Below, one piece after another: positions 1 through 9,895 of a DNA stretch of 64,000 nt (positions within the stretch are counted from its first letter, which is position 1; every line of letters begins with the position of its first letter). The DNA comes from Acutalibacteraceae bacterium (GTDB lineage Bacteria; Bacillota; Clostridia; Oscillospirales; Acutalibacteraceae), in contig JAZQXJ010000033.1 in the NCBI GenBank assembly GCA_045632815.1, positions 14,966 through 78,965 of the forward strand. The letters run 5' to 3'. The notes under the pieces are model-generated. The model did no database searches. It saw nothing but the letters and a program-made list of their open reading frames with translations, and was not told where the DNA came from. Both the position numbers and the translations under genes were made by a program.

Positions 1-1205
1 TTGGCTCGGCGGACTCAAACTTCGGAATGTTCAGGCGCGACCTTGAAATAACCGATAAAATAGTTAAAGCAAAAAAAGCCACGGGTTTTCCCGTAAGATT
101 TCAGACTTCATACGCAAAAAACAGCACCAAAACCGTTTTCGACATCGGAATGAAGCTTGAAGAAAACGGGCTTAACAAGGGTATCACCCTTTCATTCCAG
201 TCAATGAGCGACGAGGTGCTTAAAAATATCGGCAGAGAAAACATAAGCATTGAGTATTATTCCGAGCTTATGAGGATGTATAACGAGGCAGGCGTTGCCA
301 CATACACGGAGCTTATTCTCGGTCTGCCGGGCGAAACCTATGACAGCATTGTTGACGGCATCGACAAGCTTCTGCAGCTCGGTCAGCATAATTCAATTTA
401 TGTCCACAACTGCGAATGGCTGCCCTGCTCAATAATGGGTCAGAAGGATTATGTTGAAAAATATAAGATAAAAGTTTCTAACATTCCTCTCAATCAGCCT
501 CACAGAGAAACCGATTCGGAGGATGAAATCTCCGAAAACTCAAGCATAGTTACCCAAACCTATTCAATGACGCAGGATGACTGGAAAAAAATGAATCTTT
601 TTTCAGCCGCCGTGCAATGCTTTCACCATATGGGTCTGCTTCAGTTTTTTGCATTGTATTTGTATAATGAAAATATATGCTCATACAAAGATTTTTACAC
701 ATCGCTGCTCGGTTTTGTGCTTGACAATCCCGAAACGGTAATAGGAAAAGCTTTTGTTCAGATAAGCAGCAGCCTTGACGATGTTATAAGCGAGAAAGGC
801 ACTCCCAACTGCGTTGACCGCCGATTCGGCAATATTATGTGGACCTTCGAGGAATATGCTTATCTTTGTGCAGTCTATGAAACGGACAGATTTTTTGACG
901 AAATTGAGCCTTTTCTTTCGGCTTATTTTGAGGATAAAGAATTTTTCCATCAGCTTCTTGAATTCCAGAAAAAGATGCTGAAACAGCCCTTTATGAAAGA
1001 TTTCACATTCGATGTGGGATATGATTTTATTCCGTATTTCAACAGCCTGCTTAACGGCAAGCCCGCAAAGCTGAACAAAAAGAATTGCAAGCTTTCCGTT
1101 AAAACAAAGCCCTTTTCCTCCTGGAAGGACTTTGCAAGGATTGTTGCCTGGTACGGCAGAAAAGACAACAACTGCACATATATAAAACAAACCATAAACA
1201 GCTGA
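1..1205 (+). CDS. B12-binding radical SAM enzyme, 5'-truncated by the window edge (paralog 1)
   Basis: Frame is open to the window start (GSADSNFGM). Motifs ADSNFG, GITLSFQS and TYTELILGLPGETY align with the full-length paralogs at 1261 and 27061. Confidence 0.85.
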   Translation, partial: GSADSNFGMFRRDLEITDKIVKAKKATGFPVRFQTSYAKNSTKTVFDIGMKLEENGLNKGITLSFQSMSDEVLKNIGRENISIEYYSELMRMYNEAGVATYTELILGLPGETYDSIVDGIDKLLQLGQHNSIYVHNCEWLPCSIMGQKDYVEKYKIKVSNIPLNQPHRETDSEDEISENSSIVTQTYSMTQDDWKKMNLFSAAVQCFHHMGLLQFFALYLYNENICSYKDFYTSLLGFVLDNPETVIGKAFVQISSSLDDVISEKGTPNCVDRRFGNIMWTFEEYAYLCAVYETDRFFDEIEPFLSAYFEDKEFFHQLLEFQKKMLKQPFMKDFTFDVGYDFIPYFNSLLNGKPAKLNKKNCKLSVKTKPFSSWKDFARIVAWYGRKDNNCTYIKQTINS

Positions 1206-1260
1206 AGAAGTGACGGCGCATTGCCTCTCTGAAAGTTCAGTTGATTGGAGAGAAAATAAA

Positions 1261-3186
1261 ATGAAAAACATTTATATGGTACAGCCTTCAAACACATATT
1301 CGGGCGATGGCTTCAGGGCTGCATACCTCCCCTATGCCTCGGGGCTGTTGATTGCCTGCGCTTTTGAGGATAACACAATTAAATCCAACTATGATTTCAA
1401 GCGTTTTATCTTCACCCGCGAAAAGATTGACAGCGCATTAAAAAGCCTTAAAAATCCCGCTGTTGTCGGCTTTTCCAATTATGTATGGAACACTCAGTAT
1501 AACCTCACTCTGGCTGAAAAAATCAAGGAGATTTATCCTGAGTGCATAATTATTTTTGGCGGTCATAACATTGCCGGCGGTGAAAATTCATTTCTTGACA
1601 AATATGATTTCATTGATTTTCTGATAAGAGAAGAGGGCGAGGAGGCTTTCCGTCGCCTGCTGTGTGAGCTTTGCAAGGAAAGCCCTGATTATTCTTCCGT
1701 CAGCAATCTTTCATACCGAAATTGCGGCAAAACAATACACAATCCCGTTGAAACTCTTAAGAGGACGGATTATCCTTCACCTTATCTCACGGGTCTGTTT
1801 GACAACATTTACAAAGAAAATCCCGACATGCAGCTTGACGCAATACTTGAAACAAGCCGAGGCTGCCCGAGAAGCTGCGCTTACTGCGACTGGGGCTGCA
1901 ACAGCAAAAACATAAAGCTGTTTCCCATTGAGAGAGTTTATGCGGAAATTGACTGGCTGGCAGAACACAAAACAAAATTCATCTGGGGTGCCGATGCCAA
2001 TTTCGGAGCATTTGAGCGTGACAATGAAATTGTTGATTATCTTGTCAGCACAAAAGAAAAAACGGGCTACCCCGAAAGACTTCGCATAAACTATTCAAAA
2101 TCAAACACTCAGCGTGTTTTTGAAATAAACAAAAAGCTGGAGCAGCACAACCTCAGCAGAGAGGGTGCAACCATTTCGTTCCAGAGTCTCAATCCCGAAA
2201 CGCTGAAAAATATCGGGCGTCAGAATATGGGGCTTGATTCGTTCAAGGAATTGCTTTCGCTCTATCGCAAATCAGGAATCACAACCTATTCCGAACTTAT
2301 AACGGGCTTACCCGGCGAAACATACGAAAGCTTCTGCAGCGGTATCGGAAAGCTCCTTGCGGCAGGTCAGCACCGACTCATCACCACTTATATATGCGAG
2401 CTTCTTCCGAATTCTCCGATGGCTGACCCCGAATATATGAAAAAGCACGGAATCATCACGGTTGAAACTCCCCTGCTGGTTGCGCACACCAATGACGAGG
2501 ATAATGTCACGGAAAAATCAACTTATGTTATCGGCACAAACACAATGAGTCCCGAGGAATGGATAAAAGCCAATATATTCACCTGCTTTGAAGAATCCTA
2601 CCATCATTTCGGTATTCTTAAATTCATTGCAATTTATCTTTTCACGGAGCTGAAAATCCCCTATGAAAAATTCTATAACGACATTATAAGTGCGGCAAAA
2701 AAGGACGAAAAATCCGTTGCTTATTCCGCGCACCAAAAGCTTTACGGATACTATAAAGCAATAACGGAAGGCAAGCCCATAGAGCTGTATAAAAACGAGC
2801 TGTTCGGCAATCTGTCGTGGAGCAGTAAGCTTTGGGCATTTCTTGACACAATTTACAGAATCGACCTTTTTTACGGCGAAATCAAGCCGTTGCTTGAAGC
2901 CTACGGCGTTCCCGAAGAAACCGCAGACGAGCTTATAAGATATCAAAAAACAGCATTGAAATTGCCCGGAAGAAACAATTTCAGCGAAAACTTCGGTTAT
3001 AATTGGCACGATTATTTCAAAGGTATCATTGCTGATTGCTTTATACCTCTTGAGAAAAAAAGAAATACCGTAAGTGTCAACAACAAATCCGTGCCTGATA
3101 ACTGGAAGGACTGGGCGCTGGAATCTGTGTGGTTTAACAAAAACGGCATAACATTTAACCCCGTTGTTGAGGTTGAATATTTGTAA
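1261..3186 (+). CDS. B12-binding radical SAM enzyme (paralog 2)
   Basis: N-terminal B12-binding domain (YLPYASG, VVGFSNYVWN, IIFGGHN, EEGEE) and CxxxCxxC motif in ETSRGCPRSCAYCDWG. RBS ggaga lies upstream of ATG 1261. Confidence 0.9.
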   Translation: MKNIYMVQPSNTYSGDGFRAAYLPYASGLLIACAFEDNTIKSNYDFKRFIFTREKIDSALKSLKNPAVVGFSNYVWNTQYNLTLAEKIKEIYPECIIIFGGHNIAGGENSFLDKYDFIDFLIREEGEEAFRRLLCELCKESPDYSSVSNLSYRNCGKTIHNPVETLKRTDYPSPYLTGLFDNIYKENPDMQLDAILETSRGCPRSCAYCDWGCNSKNIKLFPIERVYAEIDWLAEHKTKFIWGADANFGAFERDNEIVDYLVSTKEKTGYPERLRINYSKSNTQRVFEINKKLEQHNLSREGATISFQSLNPETLKNIGRQNMGLDSFKELLSLYRKSGITTYSELITGLPGETYESFCSGIGKLLAAGQHRLITTYICELLPNSPMADPEYMKKHGIITVETPLLVAHTNDEDNVTEKSTYVIGTNTMSPEEWIKANIFTCFEESYHHFGILKFIAIYLFTELKIPYEKFYNDIISAAKKDEKSVAYSAHQKLYGYYKAITEGKPIELYKNELFGNLSWSSKLWAFLDTIYRIDLFYGEIKPLLEAYGVPEETADELIRYQKTALKLPGRNNFSENFGYNWHDYFKGIIADCFIPLEKKRNTVSVNNKSVPDNWKDWALESVWFNKNGITFNPVVEVEYL

Positions 3187-3219
3187 AAAAAGAGAGAGTC
3201 GGGCGACTCTCTCTTTTTT
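3186..3219. terminator. Bidirectional intrinsic terminator
   Basis: aaaaaa-agagagagtc-gggc-gactctctct-ttttt between convergent genes. Confidence 0.85.
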
Positions 3220-4072
3220 ATTTTTTAATTTTTGAACAGATAAATTTTATCGCTTTTGTGCTGAGCTCCTCTGCAGGTAACCCTTTCTGACAGATAACAG
3301 GGAAAACCATAAGCATTGCCGCGGATGCAGGCAATGAATAAGCATAATACATAAACATAGGCACAACCGCAAATCCTGCCGCCGCAACGCATCCGAAGAT
3401 TTCGCCGAGAGATCTTTTATTCTTAATTGAAACAACAGCAATTGCTATCAGGAAAATTACTGCAAATAAAATACCGAGCGAATCCCAGATATCCGTCACA
3501 AGCGAATGAACGGTAAGGAAATAACGGCGAAGCCAGAATGAATAAACTGTCGCTCCGATTATTACAAGCTCCGAAACAGCAAACAGCAGCTTCTTCCACA
3601 AAGCCGATTCTTTAACCGAGGATGAAAGATATATCAGCGATGCACCGATAACTGCAGGCAGGCACATAACGGCTACGCCGTCGTGCTTAAGAGCCACAAA
3701 AACACTTATCGCCGCCGCAACGGGTGTAAGCACGGCAAACTGCGAGCATATAAGCATAAGCGGTGCATAAAGAAGCATCCAAAGAATCTCGTGAGCTAAA
3801 TATTTATTGGAAACAACTATACCCAACACCCAAAAGACAGCTATCAGGGCATAAATTCCCTGCGGCGTTTTCAATGAATATGCATCGGCTTTAACCGTAA
3901 GCACAACATAAGCAGTAAACGCAACTACCGCCGCAAGCTGAGTGAGAAGCATATTTGCCGAAATCCACTCTTTACCTGCACCGGCATAAAATATCGCCGC
4001 AAAAACTGCCGCAAAAATTATAATTGCGGTTTTTATTTTTGTTTTGGTATCCCATTGAGTATTTTTTACCAT
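3218..4072 (-). CDS. Multi-pass membrane protein, possibly a shortened paralog of the 5130-6353 protein
   Basis: About 9 hydrophobic segments. LKHDGVAVMCLP resembles LVHNGFAITYFP of the neighbouring membrane protein. Confidence 0.7.
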   Translation of the reverse strand: MVKNTQWDTKTKIKTAIIIFAAVFAAIFYAGAGKEWISANMLLTQLAAVVAFTAYVVLTVKADAYSLKTPQGIYALIAVFWVLGIVVSNKYLAHEILWMLLYAPLMLICSQFAVLTPVAAAISVFVALKHDGVAVMCLPAVIGASLIYLSSSVKESALWKKLLFAVSELVIIGATVYSFWLRRYFLTVHSLVTDIWDSLGILFAVIFLIAIAVVSIKNKRSLGEIFGCVAAAGFAVVPMFMYYAYSLPASAAMLMVFPVICQKGLPAEELSTKAIKFICSKIKK

Positions 4073-4157
4073 TGATATCGGACTCCCTGTTTATAGAATT
4101 GACTAAATATAAAAAATGTGATAAAGTATCTGTATCAATTGAACGGAAGTGACTTTT

Positions 4158-5093
4158 ATGCTCAACATCCTTGTCACGGGCGGCGCAGGCTACATAGGCT
4201 CCGTACTCGTACCTATGCTTTTGTCAAAAGGCTGCAACGTAACCGTGCTTGACAATCTTTTTTACAATCAGAATCCGTTGCTCGAATGCTGCGCTGACCC
4301 TAAATTCACAATGATCAACGCTGACGCACGCAACGAAAACGCCGTTAAGGCTGCAATGAAGGGTAAGGATTATATCATTCCTCTTGCGGCGCTTGCAGGC
4401 TTTCCTATCTGCGACAAAGAGGCTTGCTCGGCTTATTCGATAAACTACGATGCAATCAAAATGATTCTCCGCCTGAGAGAAAAAGGTCAGCGAATCATCT
4501 TCCCCTGCACCAACAGCGGATACGGTCTTGGCGAGGGCGAAAAATTCTGCACGGAAAATTCACCTATAAAGCCCATTTCCATTTACGGAAAAAGCAAGGT
4601 TGAGGCGGAAGCCGCCGTGCTGAGCGAAAGCGGAACAACCGCATTCAGATTTGCGACTCTTTTCGGCGCATCGCCGCGAATGAGAACTGACCTGCTCGTT
4701 AACGATTTTGTTTACAGAGCTGTTTTCGACAGAACTCTCGTTGTTTTTGAGGGTAACTTCAAAAGAAATTATCTTCACGTAAGAGACGCCGCAAATGCAT
4801 TCTGGTTTGCTATCGAAAACTTTGAAAAGATGGAAGGCGGCACCCATAACTGCGGTCTGTCCGATTCCAACCTTTCCAAAATTGAGCTTTGCGAAAAAAT
4901 CAAAATGATTCTTCCCAAATTCATTTATATCGAAGCCCCCATCGGAGAGGACCCCGACAAGAGAAACTACATTGTTTCAAACGAAAAGCTTGAAAGCCTC
5001 GGCTGGAAGCCTCAATATTCCCTTGACGACGGAATAATCGAACTGACAAAGGCTTATCAGATTATCAAAAACAACCGTTTCTCAAATATTTAA
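4158..5093 (+). CDS. NAD-dependent nucleotide-sugar epimerase/dehydratase (extended SDR)
   Basis: TGGAGYIG Rossmann motif, YGKSK (YxxxK), RNYLHVRD, LGWKP. Confidence 0.9.
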   Translation: MLNILVTGGAGYIGSVLVPMLLSKGCNVTVLDNLFYNQNPLLECCADPKFTMINADARNENAVKAAMKGKDYIIPLAALAGFPICDKEACSAYSINYDAIKMILRLREKGQRIIFPCTNSGYGLGEGEKFCTENSPIKPISIYGKSKVEAEAAVLSESGTTAFRFATLFGASPRMRTDLLVNDFVYRAVFDRTLVVFEGNFKRNYLHVRDAANAFWFAIENFEKMEGGTHNCGLSDSNLSKIELCEKIKMILPKFIYIEAPIGEDPDKRNYIVSNEKLESLGWKPQYSLDDGIIELTKAYQIIKNNRFSNI

Positions 5094-5101
5094 ACTATCT
5101 C

Positions 5102-5128
5102 AAAGGATGTGCAGATGCACATCCTTTT
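5102..5128. terminator. Bidirectional terminator hairpin
   Basis: aaaggatgtgca-ga-tgcacatccttt between convergent genes. Confidence 0.75.
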
Positions 5129-5129
5129 C

Positions 5130-6353
5130 TTATGCCGAAAGACCCTGATGCTGTGCTGTTGCGTAAACTATGAACACAAGAGCAAGCAACAGCTTTTTGT
5201 CGCTGAAAAACTCTTTGATTTGCTGTATGGCATTCTCAAAAGGCTCGTCTTTCTTATAGAACATAAGCAGGCACAATGCAAACTGTGTGATTATGCTCGC
5301 CTGATACCAACGGATAAAGTCATATGCAACCAGAACACCTATCGGTATCACCAGAACAGAAAGCATAAAGCAAGCATAAACAAATCTTCTGCTCTTGTCC
5401 GAGGTGGCTTTGATGCACTTTATCCAGATTGTCCAGAACACCGCAAGAACAGCCGTTCCCATTATCAGGATTGCAATGGTGTATCCCCATGAAACGCTGC
5501 TCATATTTTGCTTTGCCATCATAACAAAACGCTCAAAAAGCGAAGCCTCTGCTACCATTTCTGCGGTTACTCCCGTATATTCGGGCGGAATACCGAGCAG
5601 GTAGAACATAATATAGCCTATTCCGTGGTCTTCGTAGGTATGGCCGCCTCTGTTCTTGAGAGCATCATAAAGCTCCTGCTGAGTGAGAGTAACAGTATCA
5701 GCGCCCTTCATCGTAACAAAAAGAGTAAGCGCAACGGTTACAATACACGAAAGCACAAAAATTATTATATCTGCGCCCTTCTTTTCGCTTGTTGCCGCAA
5801 AATAAAGAACAAAGAGAACAATAAGCGGGAAATAGGTTATCGCAAATCCATTATGCACCAGAACGCCTGCAACGCAAAACACAGGAACAAGCCAACGGAG
5901 ATATTTATTTACCGAGCAAACAATCGCAAGCAGGGCTGCAATAAACATCCATATGTCAAGCACGCCCAGAAAAGCCGAAAAGCCCGAGAAAGTGAAAATT
6001 CCCGTAACGAAGAATATTACAACTGCAAAAAGCTGATTTTTTTGTTCAGCCGCTGTGTTGCGGATAACTTTGCCTATAAGCACAGTTGCGAAAACCAGCA
6101 CCGCAAACACAACAATAATCGCAAAGCCCGTAATCCATTTCGGTGACGGATCGGGATTGAGAAGCTTCACAAGTGAACCTACCAGCAGTCTTGAGGTTTT
6201 ACCCATTGAAAAATCAATGAGATAATAGAGTCTGAGATATTCGCCGACCTCATACCACTTTAAAATATTCACCGTCGCCTGAACAGCAAGCAAAACGAAA
6301 ATACAGAATTCATATTTTATTGAAGAAAAAATTTTGGCAGCTTTTGTTTTCAT
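5130..6353 (-). CDS. Polytopic membrane protein, putative GT-C-fold glycosyltransferase
   Basis: About 11 TM segments with a first loop YLIDFSMGKTSRLLVG, an HNGF motif, a large extracytoplasmic loop and DFIRW near the C-terminus. The function is inferred. Confidence 0.6.
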   Translation of the reverse strand: MKTKAAKIFSSIKYEFCIFVLLAVQATVNILKWYEVGEYLRLYYLIDFSMGKTSRLLVGSLVKLLNPDPSPKWITGFAIIVVFAVLVFATVLIGKVIRNTAAEQKNQLFAVVIFFVTGIFTFSGFSAFLGVLDIWMFIAALLAIVCSVNKYLRWLVPVFCVAGVLVHNGFAITYFPLIVLFVLYFAATSEKKGADIIIFVLSCIVTVALTLFVTMKGADTVTLTQQELYDALKNRGGHTYEDHGIGYIMFYLLGIPPEYTGVTAEMVAEASLFERFVMMAKQNMSSVSWGYTIAILIMGTAVLAVFWTIWIKCIKATSDKSRRFVYACFMLSVLVIPIGVLVAYDFIRWYQASIITQFALCLLMFYKKDEPFENAIQQIKEFFSDKKLLLALVFIVYATAQHQGLSA

Positions 6354-6377
6354 CAGCCAAACCACCTTAAACTAAAA

Positions 6378-7172
6378 TTACATAAGCACCTTTGAAAGGA
6401 ACTCTTTAAGACGGGGATGCTGCGGATTCGAGAAGAATTCTTCGGGATTATTCTCCTCCTTGATAACGCCCTCGTCTATAAACACCACTCTTGAGCCGAC
6501 TTCCTTGGCAAAGCCCATTTCGTGGGTAACAACAACCATTGTCATACCCGATTTTGCAAGCTCTTTCATAAGCTCAAGCACTTCGCCGACCATTTCGGGG
6601 TCAAGCGCAGAAGTGGGTTCGTCAAAAAGAATAACATCGGGATTCATCGCAAGGGAGCGGATGATTGCAACTCTCTGCTTCTGACCGCCCGAAAGAGTTG
6701 AAGGGTAGGCATCCGCCTTATCTTCAAGACCGATTCTCGCAAGAAGCTTGCGCGCATTTTCTTCCGCCTCTTTTTTGATTGCAGCCTTGCTCTGAACGGG
6801 CTGCTTTTCTTTTGAGAAAATGTTTTTTATAACAGCTTTTCTTCTGTCCGACAAAGCACAATGGACGGGAGAAAGCATAATGTTCTGAATAACGGTTTTA
6901 TTATTAAAAAGATTGAAATGCTGGAACACCATACCGATTCTGCGGCGGTGAATGTTGATATCAACCTTGGGGTCCGCAATGTCAACGCCGTTGAAAATAA
7001 TGCTGCCGCCCGTAGGGTCTTCCATACAGTTGAGGCAACGGAGGAAAGTTGACTTGCCCGAGCCTGAAGGACCGAGAACAACAACAACATCGCCCTTGTT
7101 GATGGTGATATCAATGCCGTTGAGAACATCAACCTTGCCGAAGCTCTTTTTCAGCTTAATTACGTCTATCAC
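6378..7172 (-). CDS. Polar amino acid ABC transporter ATP-binding protein (GlnQ family)
   Basis: [35 protein letters not shown]. Confidence 0.95.
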   Translation of the reverse strand: MIDVIKLKKSFGKVDVLNGIDITINKGDVVVVLGPSGSGKSTFLRCLNCMEDPTGGSIIFNGVDIADPKVDINIHRRRIGMVFQHFNLFNNKTVIQNIMLSPVHCALSDRRKAVIKNIFSKEKQPVQSKAAIKKEAEENARKLLARIGLEDKADAYPSTLSGGQKQRVAIIRSLAMNPDVILFDEPTSALDPEMVGEVLELMKELAKSGMTMVVVTHEMGFAKEVGSRVVFIDEGVIKEENNPEEFFSNPQHPRLKEFLSKVLM

Positions 7173-7863
7173 TCTTCTTCAAGCTCCTTTCCATAAATTT
7201 GATAAGCACGGTAATAAGACAAACAATAACAATATAAATCAATGCCATTGCAAGGTAAGGAACCATAAATTCATAGCTGTTTGAACCAATATAATTGAAG
7301 GCAACATAAAGGTCTGCCGCACCGATAAACGAAACTATTGATGTTTCCTTGATAAGAACGATAAATTCATTGCCCAGAGTGGGAAGAATGTTCTTGACCG
7401 CCTGTGGAATAACAATTTTCATCATTGTTGTTGAAAAGCTTAAACCGACAGAGCGTCCACCCTCCGTCTGACCGTAGTCAACGGACTGAATGCCGCTTCG
7501 CATAATTTCCGATATGTAAGCGCCGCTGTTAAGGCCGAAAACCGCAATTGCAACGCTGACCGAAGGCAGGTTGATACCCATAAGAGGAAGCGCAACATAA
7601 TAGAAAAGCAGAAGCTGAACAACCATAGGCGTGCCTCTGAAAAAGCCTACATAGAAAGTGCATATTGAATTGAGCACTCTGGGAAGAGTCTTATACTTGG
7701 GTATAACCCTTACGGTTGCGATAAGAGTGCCGATAACGATACCTATTACAAGTCCGAGTACGGCGATTTTAAGCGTATTCTCAAGACCTTCGATTACTTT
7801 TACATAGCCTTTGTAATCAATCAGAATCTCGATAAATTTATTAAACTTAGCTTCAAAATTCAT
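7156..7863 (-). CDS. Polar amino acid ABC transporter permease (HisM/GlnP family)
   Basis: [36 protein letters not shown]. Confidence 0.95.
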   Translation of the reverse strand: MNFEAKFNKFIEILIDYKGYVKVIEGLENTLKIAVLGLVIGIVIGTLIATVRVIPKYKTLPRVLNSICTFYVGFFRGTPMVVQLLLFYYVALPLMGINLPSVSVAIAVFGLNSGAYISEIMRSGIQSVDYGQTEGGRSVGLSFSTTMMKIVIPQAVKNILPTLGNEFIVLIKETSIVSFIGAADLYVAFNYIGSNSYEFMVPYLAMALIYIVIVCLITVLIKFMERSLKKSDRRN

Positions 7864-7885
7864 AGCGTTTATCCCTTTTGACAGA

Positions 7886-7912
7886 GTAACCTCACCGCTT
7901 TGGTGAGGTTAC
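7886..7912 (-). other. Intra-operon stem-loop after the binding-protein gene (mRNA stabiliser or partial terminator)
   Basis: gtaacctcacc-gcttt-ggtgaggttac, perfect 11-bp stem. Confidence 0.6.
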
Positions 7913-7939
7913 GTCTTCATTTAAATTTTGCCTTTAAAA

Positions 7940-8809
7940 TTACTGAACAGCGTTGATAGCCTCTGTAATGCAGGTTGCAGGTGCGGAGTCGATGATAACA
8001 TAGTTTACACCGCCGTTGATAAGATCCTGAACTGCAAGTGAACCGTTCTTGTAGCCAACGCAGGTTGCTTCAAAGCCTGCGAATTCCCATTCCGCATCAC
8101 CTTCAACATAGAACTGACCTGTTGTGCCGTTCTGAACACCGATTTTTGTTGATGCATCATATGTATTGAGGATAGCTTCAACTGAAGCTGCATCTGTGCA
8201 AGCGTCAAATGTGGTGTCGTCGCCCTTAACAATGATTTTCTGTGAAGCCTCGTAGTATGAATCCGAGAAATTAACATATTCTTCTCTGTCGGGCTTGATT
8301 GTGAGACCTGCCATTGCAATGTCACACTTCTGCTGACCTACTGAAAGGCAAACAGAATCGAAATCCATATTGCTGATTACAAGCTCCTTGCCGAGTTCTG
8401 CTGCGAGAAGAGCTGCAATTTCCATATCGATGCCGTAATAATCCTCACCGATTGTGTACTCAAAAGGCTCAAAAGCAGCGTTTGTTGCAACAACAAGCTG
8501 ATCCTTTGAAGGGTCAAGAGCTGCTGACTTGACGGCTGTGGGTGTGCCGTCGCCGAAATACTTGCTGCAGATTTCGTCAAATGTGCCGTCACCCTTGATT
8601 TTTGCGATAAATGCGTTAACCTGAGTGAGAAGCTCGGGCTGAGTTTTGTCAACACCGAATGCATATTCTTCCTGAGTAAGCTCAACATCAATAACCTTGA
8701 CTGCAGATGCTGAGGGGTCGTCTGTCTTTGTATCGCCGCAAGCAAAAAGTGCGGTTGCAATCAATGCGACTACCATTATGAGTGAAAATGCCTTAAGAAA
8801 CTTTTTCAT
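7940..8809 (-). CDS. Amino acid ABC transporter substrate-binding lipoprotein (family 3), circularly permuted
   Basis: Lipobox LFAC. Motifs LVVATNAAFEPFEY, GIDME and IGVQNGTTG are present. The usual C-terminal module (EEYAFG...DGTFDEICSKYF) sits at the N-terminus. Confidence 0.9.
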   Translation of the reverse strand: MKKFLKAFSLIMVVALIATALFACGDTKTDDPSASAVKVIDVELTQEEYAFGVDKTQPELLTQVNAFIAKIKGDGTFDEICSKYFGDGTPTAVKSAALDPSKDQLVVATNAAFEPFEYTIGEDYYGIDMEIAALLAAELGKELVISNMDFDSVCLSVGQQKCDIAMAGLTIKPDREEYVNFSDSYYEASQKIIVKGDDTTFDACTDAASVEAILNTYDASTKIGVQNGTTGQFYVEGDAEWEFAGFEATCVGYKNGSLAVQDLINGGVNYVIIDSAPATCITEAINAVQ

Positions 8810-8914
8810 CGGAATTACCTCCATATATTTAGTATAAGCATTATAACATCATATAATAAAAAAGTAAAGCAAAAATGTATTTTTATAAAGATTTTCTCTG
8901 TGTTTTTTCAATTT

Positions 8915-9793
8915 TTATTCAATTTCGGTATGTTTTTTCATTGCTTCAGCAAAGTCCTGCGGAAATTCCGCTTCAAACATCATTTCCTCCCCCGTGACGG
9001 GATGAACAAAGCTGCAGCTGCGGCAATGAAGAAGCTGATGACCGATTTCAGGCATAAAATCGCCGTACATATCATCACCGGCAAGAGGATTGCCGCAAAA
9101 TGCCATATGCACTCTTATCTGATGAGTTCTGCCCGTTTCAAGCCGCAGACTCAGCAGAGTTGCGCCGTCAAATTTTCTCTCTACCCTCCAGTTTGTGACC
9201 GCAGGCTCAACACCAAGCTCATATGAGCAGGCGCGCAGAGTTTTCATCGGGTCGGGGCGATAAATCGGCACATCCACCCTGCCCGCACCCGTCAGATTTC
9301 CTTTGACAAACGCATAGTATTCCTTGCTGATTCGCCCTGCAAGCTTGCTTGCCGCAAGCGGATTGAGCGCACACACAACAACGCCCGAAGTGCCTTTGTC
9401 GAGCCTGCCCACAGACCTGAAAGCCGCGCTTTTTCCGTTCTTTGCGAGATAAGCGGAAACTGCATTTGCAAGGGTGTCGCCCTGATGATTGTGAGTCGGG
9501 TGCATTGCCATAAAAGGCGATTTATTCACAACGAGAATATCGTCATCCTCATAGATAATATCAAGCTCCGCATCAAGTGCCTCGGGCAGTATGTCATCAT
9601 CAGGAATAACAACATTTATTATGTCTCCGCCCTTGATTCTGTCTATCGTGCGGGTTTGCACGCCGTTGAGCATAAGCGAATATTTGACCTTACGCATAAC
9701 CCTTGCGGAAAAGCCGCAGTATCCGCGCAGAAAATGAACAACCTTTCTGCCCTCGTATTCGGGCGGCACCGTGTAATCAATGCTCCTTGCCAT
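8915..9793 (-). CDS. RluA/RluD-family pseudouridine synthase
   Basis: IIYEDDDILVVNK, RLDKGTSG, LETGRTHQIRVH. Confidence 0.92.
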   Translation of the reverse strand: MARSIDYTVPPEYEGRKVVHFLRGYCGFSARVMRKVKYSLMLNGVQTRTIDRIKGGDIINVVIPDDDILPEALDAELDIIYEDDDILVVNKSPFMAMHPTHNHQGDTLANAVSAYLAKNGKSAAFRSVGRLDKGTSGVVVCALNPLAASKLAGRISKEYYAFVKGNLTGAGRVDVPIYRPDPMKTLRACSYELGVEPAVTNWRVERKFDGATLLSLRLETGRTHQIRVHMAFCGNPLAGDDMYGDFMPEIGHQLLHCRSCSFVHPVTGEEMMFEAEFPQDFAEAMKKHTEIE

Positions 9794-9859
9794 TCTGCCC
9801 CTCCTTTCACGGATTTGGTTACAATTATATCATAAAGCCGCTGTTTTGTATAGAAAAAA

Positions 9860-9895
9860 TTACAAATCCGTTACATAAAATTACAACAGTTTACA
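9860..9895. promoter_or_regulatory. Helically phased TTACA direct-repeat array (putative response-regulator site)
   Basis: TTACA at 9860, 9871, 9881 and 9891, in a divergent intergenic region. Confidence 0.55.

Noticed and set aside
8874-8892. ARG-box-like aatgtatttttataaa upstream of the amino acid ABC operon
   Set aside because: A single imperfect match in AT-rich DNA; too weak to assign ArgR control or arginine specificity.
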